This document shows positions 26,501-43,600 of a stretch of DNA of 64,000 bases, piece after piece (within the stretch, counting starts at the first letter, position 1; every line of letters begins with the position of its first letter). Source of the DNA: Paragordius varius (lineage: Eukaryota > Animalia > Nematomorpha); the NCBI GenBank assembly GCA_964247055.1, contig OZ176050.1, forward strand, positions 7,812,001 to 7,876,000. Direction: 5' to 3'. The position numbers and the translations under genes are program-made. The notes below the pieces were generated by a model. It was not told the origin of the DNA, searched no databases, and saw nothing but the letters and a program-made list of their open reading frames with translations.

Positions 26501-29500
26501 TATTGTAAAACATATATTTTATCTATATAAGTAATTTTATTTTCATAATGTGTAGTCTGGATCTCATGGAAATCTTATTTACCTTCGAACATATCAAGGA
26601 ACCCTTAACAAAGGTGATTTCGTCTACAATACTCGAACGCAAAAAAGGTAAAGAAAAATATTTATTTAAAAATATCTTTATGTTAGGATTATTTATGTCA
26701 GTTTACCCGATTTTCCGTCTCATTTTAAATGGTTTTTATATTACCCTTTTTTTCCACAAATAGGCATAAACTATTTGGTTTTCCAAAAGATAAATTTAAC
26801 TATACTTTACATAAGTAAAGAATTTATACAATTTTTTTTGCAAAAATTTACCTTTATACGACAAAGCTGGTATTTTTGAATGTATAATATAAATTTTTAA
26901 TTTGTGTGCGATCGTGTCGTTATTTTGACAAAAAGAGGTTCATTTGTTTTTATTTAATTTAATTGATTAGGTTCAAAGTTACGCGTTTGGTAAAATTGCA
27001 CAGTGATGAGTTGGAAGAAATGAATTGCATTGAAGCTGGTGATATTTGCGCACTTTTTGGTGGACAATCATCCTCATCGAATATACAAACAGGTTTACTA
27101 AAAAAATTAAATGAGTATTCTTTTTAAAATACGATTTGCTATTGTTAAATTTACTTTGGAAAATCATTATATCTATCGAAATTAATATGTCAGCATATAA
27201 ATGTCATGTGCAATAATCAATTTTATTCAAATTTTTAAAATTCTTATTTAGGTGACACACTTGTTAAACCCGTGAATGACTCAAATGTTGAAAATTCATC
27301 CGATAACAGTGTTTTGAAATGGAGTATGGAAAGTATGTTTGTTCCCGAACCGGTTATAAGCATGTCTATCAAACCTGATACCTCGGGTTCGATTATTTTT
27401 ATTCCCAAATTAATTTATCATATTAAATTATTTTTTTAAAATATTATATTTATCCTATTATTTATAATCTTAATAGGTGATAAAAACTTGACAAAAACTG
27501 AAAATAGTAAAAATTTGGAGGCTTTTGGTAAAGCAATAACAAGGTTTGCCCGAGAAGATCCAACTTTTCGAATAATATTTGACCAAGAAAATCAAGAAAC
27601 TCTAGTCCAAGGCATGGGTGAATTGCATCTTGAAATATATAAACAAGTAAATAATTTACGTTTTATTATATATGGAATAATTCAGCAAAAATAATATAAA
27701 TTTATTATAATATTTCGATTACTACAAGTAATCTTTGTCAAACGTAAAAATAAATTAAAATATAAACTAAAATTTAAATTATAAAGTAAAAATATATAGT
27801 GTGATTGTATTATTATAATAATACAATCACACTTCAGCGTAAACAATATCCAATTAAGTTTTAGTTTTAAATGAATAAAATTTCAGCAATTTTTGTAAAT
27901 AAAATTAATGTAAAAACATTTTATTTAAACATTTTACAGTAATAATATAATTTTTAACATTTAACAATTAAATCTTGATATAATTTCAACCTAAATTATA
28001 TTAAATTCAGTAAAACATATTTTTTAAATATTTAAAATTTCATAGAATATTATTTATAAAATTATTTATCAACATATTTCAAATATATAATTGTTTTGTT
28101 TTAAGATTTATATTCTGCATTTTTTGCCAATATCTTTTATTTAGGTTTTTATAAATATTAATTCTTATTGAATAATATTGTAGCGAATGGAACGAGAATA
28201 CAATGTTAAATGTATTATGGGGGCACCTAAGGTTGCTTTTCGCGAAACTATTGAATCCCCAATAGAGTAAATATTTTATAGAATTAATTTAGTTTATAAT
28301 ATCATTTGAAAAATTAATTTGAGATTAATTTACTAATATGCATAATATAATTATACAAATATTGAAATTATTATTATTTTAATATACCATTTACAGTTCA
28401 AATTCACCCTTAAACAATTCAAATTCATCCTTGAACAATTCAAATTCACCCTCGAACAATTCAAATTCACCCTAAAAATAAATTATGAAATTTCGGTCTA
28501 ATATAACTCATTATTAAAAAAAAATATATTTGTATGGCAAAGTTTATTATTTTTTCAGTATTATTTTGATTACATACAAAATTTCTTTTTTTAAAAATAT
28601 AAAAAAATATAGGTAATATATAATTTTAAAAAACACATAATTTATTTTTAGGGTGAATTTGAATTGTTTAAGGGTGAATTTGAATTGTTCAAGGGTGAAT
28701 TTGAATTGTTTAAGGTTGAATTTGAACTGTAAATGGTATATTTACACTACATTACCTTTTCACTTTTTGCCCTAGTTTACTTTTGAAGGTTGTTTTATTA
28801 TCCCATAGCTCGATTTTGTAAATCAACTATAGTTTTGAAAGTATTTTATTCAAGATTTAAATATCAAACATTGTTCTCATATATTAGATGAAAAACCTTT
28901 TTTTACAGTTTTGTGACTTCTAGAGTCTAAAATTGAGACAGCTCCGAACGATATACATGAACAACCAATATTAAAATTAAAATTCAATTTGCTACTAAAA
29001 TGTACAAAAGCTCTTAAAGTTAATTTTTTACATTTTCTAACCAAATATACATTTATTTGTCGGTTGAATTAGCAAATAGAAAAAAATGGCAGCAAAAAAT
29101 TTTGAGGTAAAAATTATTTTACAATATTACATTTTTAAAAAAAAATGTATCATGTGCCTAAATGGCTAAGGTAGTTTTATATCCCAGAGCGATTTATTTG
29201 AAAAAGGTAATGGAGTGTTAAAAATAATTATATCAATATTATTATATATTTTTGAAATTTTTACAGTATGTTTTAATGATGTATTTATCACAGATTTGAT
29301 TACTTACACAAAAAACAAACTGGTGGAGCAGGTCAATATGCTCGAGTTATTGGTGTTTTAGAAGTATATACCTAAAAATAAATTACCATTAAACTAAAAT
29401 ATTAAATAGCATTTACATAAATTATATGATTATCTTTCTTTGCTAGCCTCTTCCCCCCGAAAAATATGCCGTAAACGAATTCGTTGATAATACTGTCGGC

Positions 29501-30719
29501 ACAAATGTACCAAATCAATTTATATCATCTATAAAAAAGGTTTTGTCTCTTATTTAAACTAACCTAATATAGGGTTTTGAACAAATTTGTCACAAGGGTT
29601 CAATGACCGGACATCGCATATCTGGTGTCCGTTTCAATCTGCAAGATGGTATGATTTTTAAAATGTCATATATTATATAGAGTGTACTTTTTTAACTCTT
29701 AATAACGAGCTATTTGTGGATATTTATATTTATAAAATTGTTTGTGCAATATATGCCTAATATTAGGGAATCGAGCTGAATCATTTTAAAATGTTTTCCA
29801 TTTCTTGAAAAAACGGTTTTGAGAAAATGGTTTGGGTTTTATTATTTTTGGAAAAATGTTTTTGATAAGAGTTTACTTTCATTATCTTACGGTTAATATG
29901 CTAATTTTTTTCTGAAAAATCTAAAAACACATGCTATATGATATTAATAAAATTAAAACAATAGTTAAAATAAGGTTAATATTGTTATAAAATAAATTAA
30001 GGATAGATTAAATTTTTTTATAAACTATTAAGAACCACGCTTAAAAACGGTAATACCGGTTCTGAAATGTTTTGGTTTTAAAGTGATGGCTTAAGTTTTT
30101 AATTTTTTTGGAATAACTATTATTTTTTATATATTTAAATTTTTTGTTAGGGGACAATCATGTTGTAGATTCAAATGATATCGCTTTTGTTATGGCAACT
30201 ATTGGTGCTATCAAACAAAGTATATTTTAATAACCTTTTTATCCATTTCTTTTTATCAAAAAACTGCATACATATTTTTTGCGACTTATTTTATAAAAAA
30301 AATTTTATGACTTCTAGCTTATGAATATGGGACCTGGATCATAATTGAACCCATCATGAATGTCGAAATATCGGTGCCCAATGAATTTCAAGGAATTATA
30401 ATGCCTTTAATGACGCGAAAAAATGCAATTATTATTAATTCAAATCAATCTCTCTCCTATTACACATTAGTTTGCGAAGTATTGAAATAAAATTTATCAT
30501 CAAAAATTTTATAACTAATTATTTTATATTTTTACCTAGGTACCTCTGGACAATATGTTTGGTTTTGCTTCAGAACTAAGATCAATCACACAGGGAAAGG
30601 GTGAATTTACCATGGAATTTTGCAAATATGCTCCTGCTTTACCGGAAACACAAACAAAATTAGTTAAACTTTATCAAGATAATCAGCAACAATTGCGTGC
30701 AGAGAAAATGCGAAATTAA
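23594..30719 (+). CDS. GFM1: Mitochondrial translation elongation factor G1
   Basis: Short presequence, then [114 protein letters not shown] and [22 protein letters not shown]. Stop TAA 30717-30719. Confidence 0.95.
27798..27833. repeat. Perfect 36-bp palindrome
   Basis: AGTGTGATTGTATTATTATAATAATACAATCACACT equals its own reverse complement; lies in a GFM1 intron. Confidence 0.9.
28387..28736. mobile_element. Foldback MITE family B, near-intact 350-bp copy
   Basis: TATA|CCATTTACAG...CTGTAAATGG|TATA. Each ~105-bp inverted arm holds four 21-bp units (TTCAAATTCACCCTTGAACAA; starts at 28397, 28418, 28439, 28460). Confidence 0.9.
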
Positions 30720-31308
30720 TTAAAAATTTATTTTACATAAAATAAATGAAAATTATTTAAGAAATTGTTTAAACTTCATTTTAAATTTTTTAATTTTAAG
30801 TTAACTTGGCCTGGGAGAATCTAAACCTGGTTAAATTTCCATTTTATAACAAAGTTATGTTATTTTAGAAAATTTGTAGGTTAAACATTTTGCCAACTTT
30901 ATGTCAAATATTTTTATGGCGAAAAAGATAAATCTAAATTATATATTTTTGATATTGTTATCATGCTAATTTAAATTATTTTTTAAATTAAGCTACGAAA
31001 TATTGTTAACATATGCTCTCATAAACTTTGCATGAAGCCACGATTGTGACAAACTTTCTAAATCAGCATACACCAGTGTTCTAATAAACCTGTTGAAGAT
31101 AATCAAACCATTTTTAATTACTAACCGTTTGAAAGAGGTATTAATATTGGATTCATTACTGGCATTATATGAATATAAATTTTCACCTGCAAACTGATAC
31201 TAAGGCATGAGTTTATTAATTTTTAATGATAAATACAGACAGCATGATATATATATAAAAATTTGTATATAAAAATAAAAACGCCGATAATCACATGACA
31301 AAAAAGTA

Positions 31309-36112
<4,804 letters not shown>

Positions 36113-36194
36113 AGCTTGATTTTATAAAGCACATGGTAAAAGCATGATAATGAGCTTATGAACAAACACAGGTGTAAAAATTAAAACTTGATAA

Positions 36195-36890
36195 TCAATA
36201 TATTTATAATAATGGAAAGTGGTGGCTTTGTGATCTGTTTCCGAAAAACCGTTAGACCCAATCAAATCCAAACTTCGAAAAAATGTAATCTTTAATGAAT
36301 GCCATGACAATATCTTCGGCCTTTTTTTGAATTAGGTCCCCAGTTCGGGCCCACCCGGTGTAAAAAACGGTTTTTTTTGAAAAGAGAAGTCCACAAAAAT
36401 TGTGATTTTGAGACAATTTTTCAGAGAACGTGTTGGACCATTTAATTTCAAATATGATTTTTGTTTACTTATTTTCGATCGCGGCGAACATAGTCGGCTG
36501 GCTTTTTTAATTAAGGCCCTCTTTTTACCCGCTCCCCCCGTAAAATGCCATTTTTTTCAAAAGTCCATAAAAATAATTTTTTGAATCTATTTTCGCCAAA
36601 GGTAGGAGACCGTAAAAATTTAATAAGGATTCCACGTATTCCATGTTAAAAGGCAAAAATTTTAGTCAAGCTTTATATTGGCCTCTGGGTAGGGGGCTAG
36701 CCGCATACAACTGCGCCATCATATCGATACAGCATGCCTATGGGGCCAAATTTCACAAAGTTTATGAGACTATGTGAATCTTTTTAAAACTTCGTGCCGC
36801 ATAATAAAATTGCTTATAAAATCAAATATGCCCCCCCCCCCAGAACAAAGGACTTCCTCGGGCTGAGTAGCAGCAAGAGATTTACGCTAG
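36195..36890 (+). mobile_element. Non-autonomous Helitron (family C), 696 bp
   Basis: A|TCAATATATTTATAATAATGGAAAGTGG ... poly-C ... GCTG-AGTAG-CAGC hairpin ... ATTTACGCTAG|T; lies 82 bp upstream of the ACTR1A ATG. Confidence 0.85.
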
Positions 36891-37228
36891 TATATATATA
36901 TATTTATATATATATATAAATAATTTATTTGGTAATAATTTTATTGATCACAAATAAATTAATTTTGTAAAATGACCGGTTTTTTGGCATATATATGTAC
37001 AAATGCAATCACATATAAAAAAATATTATTAATTAAATCTAACAGAATTCAATATAATTGAATATAAAATTAATAAAATATATACTTAAAAGCATATTTT
37101 TTGTGCTTTATCACTATAATATCTAAACTAACTATTCCTACAAATCAAACAAATCTTCAATACTATTAATAGTCGGTAATTATATTACGATAAAGATCCA
37201 TTTAAACTTTATTCAAAAGCAATAGCAT

Positions 37229-38785
37229 TTAAATATTTTTTGATTTATATTCTTTGATTAAGTTATAAGGGTCATACACTACATTATTGAGCAAGTATAA
37301 TTCAAGAGCACTAATGTCGGACACATCGTCGTTATAAGATGCACGGGAGACCATACGTGCAATGATTGGAAAATCTGGCACAGATTTTACCGTTTTCCAA
37401 TCAAACGATTTATGCCTTTCATAATAAATTGGTGGGAACATAATACTGGCACTAAAAGAGTATTTAGGTTCCATTGGCCGTGTTACATTTATACCGGATT
37501 CCTTTAATTTTACATCATGCGATGGACTGCGATAAAAATCTAAGATTGAGTAAAATGCTCGCGTAAATGCCGAAATATCTCCAAACAATCTATTATTGTT
37601 TTGGGTGTTTGGCGAGAAAGAGCGTCGAAAAATAATCATAAACTCGTTTTCTTTTACTGGATTTAAGTAGGGCAAAACTACGCAATTATGATTTGACGGA
37701 GCATCAATAATATTATAGGCATCACCAGTATAAGGGCATGGTGCAGCTAATCCAATTAGAACATAAATTTCAATTAACTTATTTATGTAAGCATTAAAAA
37801 TATGAGACAATTGCGATAATGAATCGCTATCGAAATTGGTTGGTATCTCAAAATCTGTAAATGGATAGGCATTCCTTTCATTGTAATTTTCAATGACTTT
37901 GGACATCAACCCCTGAATTTTACCATAATATTGATTTGGTGATAAAAATACATGAAGATGTGGATGTATTTGGCTGGCACCTCCTTTAGGAAATAAATCC
38001 CAAGAAACCATTGGAAACATGGCTTGAGGTATATTAGGTTTATGTGTGTTGTGATAAAATGCCGATTCAAAAAACCAAAGTTGAGCAAGATCCAGCATTG
38101 AATGGACTATACTGTAATTAAGGGCAAATGGGTCATGAACCCTAGATACAACTAAACCATGCCAACGGTCCAATTTAAACGCGTTTGAGAAAGAAAGTGC
38201 AAGGGTATTTGATAAACTTTTGTTCAATTCATCGAAAGCTGTGTTCGTTTCATGGTTACAAAAAGCACAAGTTGGTTGAGAAGTTTTAACCAAATCGCTC
38301 AAAAAGCTACGAGCCTTATTACTAGCTAAAATATCATGCGGTTTACGAAGACCACGGAGTATATTAAAAGTTGTGTGTTCTTCTGTAATCCTATTTATAA
38401 CATGAATCACTGGTTGATTGTAAAACTGATTGGAAAGTGTTCTGTAATTATATCTTGAAATTTTATTTCCAAAGAGTATATTAAATAATTTAGTGTGAAA
38501 TTTTGGAGAGATACGGTCATACAATTTGGTTTGTATATGAATGATTTCATAAAAACTTATAAAACTTTGATATAGTAGACAATTCTGATCTTTGGAATAA
38601 TCGTAAAAAAGAGCTAATTCTGATAAGGATGATGGTGAAATTAATGATACACATTTAACATGTTTAAAATTGTGGAATAAATTTGTATAATTTATCAAAA
38701 CGGATAATGTAAATATTAGAAAAATAAAAACGAGAAAAATTTTCTTTGATCGCACCCGCAAAAGATGTGTGCACCATTCAGGCAT
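37229..38785 (-). CDS. Intronless 518-aa HIT/GalT-superfamily-like protein with N-terminal membrane anchor
   Basis: Single uninterrupted ORF. Basic residues followed by a hydrophobic stretch (RSKK-IFLVFIFLIFTLSVLI), a CAFC zinc-site-like motif, and GGASQIHPHLHVF resembling the GalT G-x-S-x-x-HPH loop and the HIT HxHxH motif. The coding call is strong; the family assignment rests on motifs only. Confidence 0.8.
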   Translation of the reverse strand: MPEWCTHLLRVRSKKIFLVFIFLIFTLSVLINYTNLFHNFKHVKCVSLISPSSLSELALFYDYSKDQNCLLYQSFISFYEIIHIQTKLYDRISPKFHTKLFNILFGNKISRYNYRTLSNQFYNQPVIHVINRITEEHTTFNILRGLRKPHDILASNKARSFLSDLVKTSQPTCAFCNHETNTAFDELNKSLSNTLALSFSNAFKLDRWHGLVVSRVHDPFALNYSIVHSMLDLAQLWFFESAFYHNTHKPNIPQAMFPMVSWDLFPKGGASQIHPHLHVFLSPNQYYGKIQGLMSKVIENYNERNAYPFTDFEIPTNFDSDSLSQLSHIFNAYINKLIEIYVLIGLAAPCPYTGDAYNIIDAPSNHNCVVLPYLNPVKENEFMIIFRRSFSPNTQNNNRLFGDISAFTRAFYSILDFYRSPSHDVKLKESGINVTRPMEPKYSFSASIMFPPIYYERHKSFDWKTVKSVPDFPIIARMVSRASYNDDVSDISALELYLLNNVVYDPYNLIKEYKSKNI

Positions 38786-38804
38786 AAATTCAGTCGTTAA
38801 TAAA
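38786..38804. promoter_or_regulatory. 19-bp spacer between divergent start codons; 5' ends must overlap or promoters are intragenic
   Basis: CAT at 38783-38785 and ATG at 38805-38807. The next Met of the minus-strand ORF is more than 200 codons downstream. Confidence 0.5.
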
Positions 38805-40614
38805 ATGACTACTGCTGCAAGACCAACTTGGGATACGGCTAAAGGTGGTGAAAATGATTTAAGTAAACTTACTAAACAATATTCCTCTCGTGATTTGCCA
38901 GCTCATACAAAATTAAAATACAGGTATTTTAATTTATTGATTTTAAGGCAACCGGGACAATCTACCCATTTAGATTTGACGAAGCGCAATTTAAAATTAG
39001 AATTAGAAGAAAAGGAAAAGAATAAAGAAAAGATCAACATCCAGCCAGTGAAAAAGATAAAATATGAACTGGCAAACTTGGATGCCGATGATCCTTTGGA
39101 TGAAGATGAGGTTAAAAATACTTTTGCTTTGCAAACAGCCATATTATTGGCTAAAGTATTTCCCATTGGTGTTAACAAAAAATTCTATTTTTAGGACATA
39201 GGATTTTTTATAACTATGTTTTGATTATCTATATACGATTTAACCAACATTCAATTAACTCTTTCGTTACGCACCAAATAAAAGATTACTATAACCACTT
39301 ATATGGTCCTTTACTTTGTGTCATTTTTTGTGATATCTTGGATAGACTAAATACAAATTGGCTTTCTCTTAATCTTAACTTTTTAAAAGCAATCTGTAAG
39401 GTAAGGTGCTTAAAAAATAATCCATTCACTATATTTGAATAGAAAAAAAATTTAACTTGCTTGCTTCTAACGTTAAATATCTATTGTAATTCTTAATTTA
39501 TTTACTCAACTAATTGTTGTAATTGCCAAATTTTATCGATATAGAATGATGAACAAGAGGACGATCAGGATGAAGACGAAGAAATGGCCGAGTTAATGGC
39601 TGAACTACAAAGAATCAAGAAAGAAAGGGCACTCGAGAATGCAAAAAAGGTTATAAAAAATATATCTATGTATAACTTAAAACCTTTTTAAAGGCATAAT
39701 TTACATTAAATATCGGAGAAAGTTATATCAACGTTTAATGACTGCGAACGGTCGCTAATCTTATTTTGTTTTGTATAAAATTTAGGTTTATTATTGAATT
39801 ACTGTGAAACACTAATAAGATAATTAATGCAATAATTTTACCTGAAAATATCAAATATTAGTATAATTTATTTTTTAAATATAAATCATCCAGGTTTTGG
39901 CAGGCAGTTTTTATTATTAAGCCTATACATGACTTATTTACTCTTAACTTAAAATAAATTGTAAAACAAAATGTTTAATTCAAAGCTGAAGTTGTCTATA
40001 ATTTTATGGAAATTTATTTGCCAATTATAATTACATTCTAACATTTTATAACGAAATTTCTTGAGCTATTTACAATATATTTTATTTTCGCGTTGACTTG
40101 TATGACATATTTTTAATCAAATGGACACATTGAAAGAATCATAATATATGGTGATTTAATAGACAAAATTTCAAATAGAGTTTTACAATTAAAAACTCAC
40201 TTATATGATAATCCTTAATTTTTATTTGCACTGGCCATATCAAATTTTATAACTTTATAAAACTTTGATATTTTTTTATTTTTTTGTGCTTTTAGGAAAT
40301 GGAATCAAAATTGGAACAAGAGAAAATTCGTACTGAAAATATTTTGAGTGGTAATCCTTTGTTAAATAATCAGCCTGGCTTTAAAGTCAAACGAAGGTAC
40401 CCATTTATTTGTCATATTATCCTAATATTTTTCAAGCTTACTAAAAAAAATATATTTAAAATTTATTTATTTTTTAAAAAAAATTAGATGGGACGATGAT
40501 GTAGTTTTTAAAAATTGTGCAAAAGGTGATGTCACAACCAAACCTAAACAATTTATTAACGATATTGTGAGATCCGATTTTCATCGAAGATTTATGGAAA
40601 AATATATTAAATAA
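38805..40614 (+). CDS. CWC15: Spliceosome-associated protein CWC15 (5 exons, ~198 aa)
   Basis: [99 protein letters not shown]. Confidence 0.95.
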
Positions 40615-40684
40615 ATTGTATAATATAATATCAAAAATAAATTTTATATTTATTTTTATCATTATTGTGAATGAATTACAGAAG

Positions 40685-43600
40685 TTAAGGTAAAAAGGCT
40701 ATTTCTTTAGATACAACATTCTTCCAATACATGTATCTTGATCTAACAATCGTAGCTCTAATAACAAAATGAAAAAAATAAGAAATTAATATTGTAAAAT
40801 TTCATATTTTTTGAAACTATTAATATTTTACGCTAAAAATTATACGAAATCATAAGTGATATCTTCTATTTTATCAGCCACACTATTATATATATAAGGT
40901 TGTAAATTTCTGCCAACTATTATTTTGCAATCCCAAAATGCAAACAATACAAATAAAATGATTAATAAAACAAATAACAACTTTTTCTCAGAATATATTG
41001 TAATGTAAGCTCATAATAGGGTATTAACCGGATATAAACTCTTGGGCTTAAGTCATAAAATCAAAATTTCCAGTTATAAGTTAATTAAATCTTCTTATTA
41101 TTTAAAGACTAATTGGAACATATATACGATTGATAAAAAAAGATTGTGGAAAATAGTTGCGTGCATCATAATTCCAAGCTAAGAATATGGCCGCGCACAC
41201 CATATCGATTTTGAAAATCCGCTAATTTTTCAATTATAATAAAAGTTCTGAGTAAAAAAATATAAATGTTGTAGGATTTGTTTAAAAAAATGATTCCAAA
41301 AGTTTTCTAAATAAAGCACATAGCGGATAATCAATCTTTTTTAGTTATAATATTATACAGATTATTAAGAAAAATTATTTATATTTTTTAGCGATAAAAG
41401 TAAAAGGTTAATATGTTACATAAAACGGATTCTTGTATTTGGTGGTAACGATTCTGGTGCAATCCAGATGAAATCGGTTCCCGAAAGTCTTTTATTATTA
41501 CTGGTTTGGGTGAGGGAATCTTGATTTTCTATTTTCTCTGCGCTTATTCTATTCGTTAAGAGTTTCCCAAATTTTTCTTGGAACAAATCGCGACAAGACA
41601 TAGATTGAGTCAGGTTATTTGTTACATTCCAACGACCAACGATAGCATTGATTATGTTCCAGTGAAGAGGATATGATTGATTTAAGGGTACCGTATCAGG
41701 AACGTAATTCATAATTGGAACTTTACCAGTTGTGCTGCCAGTTATTCGTGCTTGAATCAATATACCTCTGAATCCGGTTATTTCTGGGTCGGTGGAATTT
41801 ATGAAAACTGCAAAATAAATATGTTATAATTTATTTCTTTCCACATACTCAATAAACATTCTGCCGTCAATTATAAAATTTGTCATCCAAGTAATGAGAA
41901 ATATCTAATTAATAAACAGAGTTTTCATTTTTCAGAATTTGTAAGATAAAATTTCAAGTCGCTCTGGCATATAAAATACCCCAAAATATAGTGTTAAGGG
42001 ACTCTTTACATTTAAAATGCTTTAACAAAAGAAAACTTATTAAATAGTTAAAATGTTAACTTTGGTTCGAAAAATGTTGAGTTTGATTGGAAAAATTAAG
42101 TATAAAAAACTGCTAAAAGTGTATGAAAAAAAAATTTAAGTTTATTTTAAATCAAATGATAGTCAAATATTCCAAAAATCCAGTAACAAATAAACTACAA
42201 AACAAGTGGTAAGCTTAAAAAGTTATAAAATTATTTTAAATTTATAAAAACTGAGAGTAGTTACGGTATCTTAAGGGATTTAGCCACAACACCTAATTAA
42301 AATAAAAATCAAAATAATAATATATGAATGATAGGTATAATTTTTATATTAGATCTTAGAAATTACATTTAAAGCAATAATGTGTGAAGATGCTATAACT
42401 ATGATAATTTATATACTGGATATGAAAGGCGGAATCGGAATCATAAAATTTTTTGAGCTTTATCAAAGCAATGAAACGGGTCCAAAAAAATATATTTTAT
42501 TATGTAAATATTATTTATAATTAAATAAACGCGTTGCCTTAGTTTAAAACAGGATTTTCAAATCGCGGCACACAGGCCCCATACTGCCCTAAAAACGCTT
42601 TCTTATGTCCCTGAAGTACTTATTTTGGTTATGAATAGCTACAAATGTGAACAGCATTAAAACTCTAACCGTATTATGGCCCTTGAGACAAAAAATATTT
42701 TTTTGGCCCTTTACAAATATTTGGTTTTTAATATATCAAAATAATGCAAATCCCAACCTTGAGTCGCTTGTTGATAAAATCTCAAATCACTTGTCTAATG
42801 GTGTATCCATCGTTGAAATCAGTTTTTTAAACGGTATCTAACACCCAATTTCCCTTTGTATATTAATTTTTTTGATCTATTACAGTTAAATATTTCTAAA
42901 TTTTTAATTTAAAAATACAGCTTTATGACCATAAATAAAATAAATACAATGAATTAATTGATTTAAATTAATATTTTTATAATTACTATTCCCATAAATC
43001 AAAGTTATTGACAAGGTTTTATTTTTTACCACTTATTTTTACACTGCATTATTATATTATATGACTAAAATTGTCTGCTATCCCAGTTTTTATCGGGTAG
43101 CTCGAATGTATGATTTTTATTTTTTAAAATATTAAATCATTCGAATTTTTCAGCCAAAATTATGACAAATTCGGCTTTATATAAGAACGTTTAATATATC
43201 TTTTAGGATTGTTCGAAATTATATTTTTTGTAAGATATAAGGTAATTTACGCATTTTTAATTTGCATTTTATACCTTACCTACTTTAACGGTATGATGCC
43301 CTTATATATATGCATGCAAATATTTTATATAATCCATACATAATACATATATATATATATATATATTTAAATTAATTATTATAAATAATTAACCTTCTTT
43401 TGTGCCTTTTTATCTAAATCTTTCATAATTATTATTCAATAAAAAAAGTTTTTCTAATTGGATTAGATAAAACTATTTAGGGGAAAAATTTATAATCTTG
43501 ATTTTAATCCTCATCATTTATCAAAATGACAGATTAAACTCATAACAACTTGGGACAAAAAAATATTTTTCTCTACCTGAAATGGTGTACATAGTTTATA

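Noticed and set aside
28397-28480. 21-bp direct repeats resembling a CRISPR array
   Set aside because: No unique spacers; the units are mirrored in the opposite arm of a foldback element in a eukaryotic intron.
30990-31200. Stop-free minus-strand stretch of ~65 codons between GFM1 and ACTR1A
   Set aside because: No start codon, no recognisable motif and no linked exons; most likely 3' UTR sequence.
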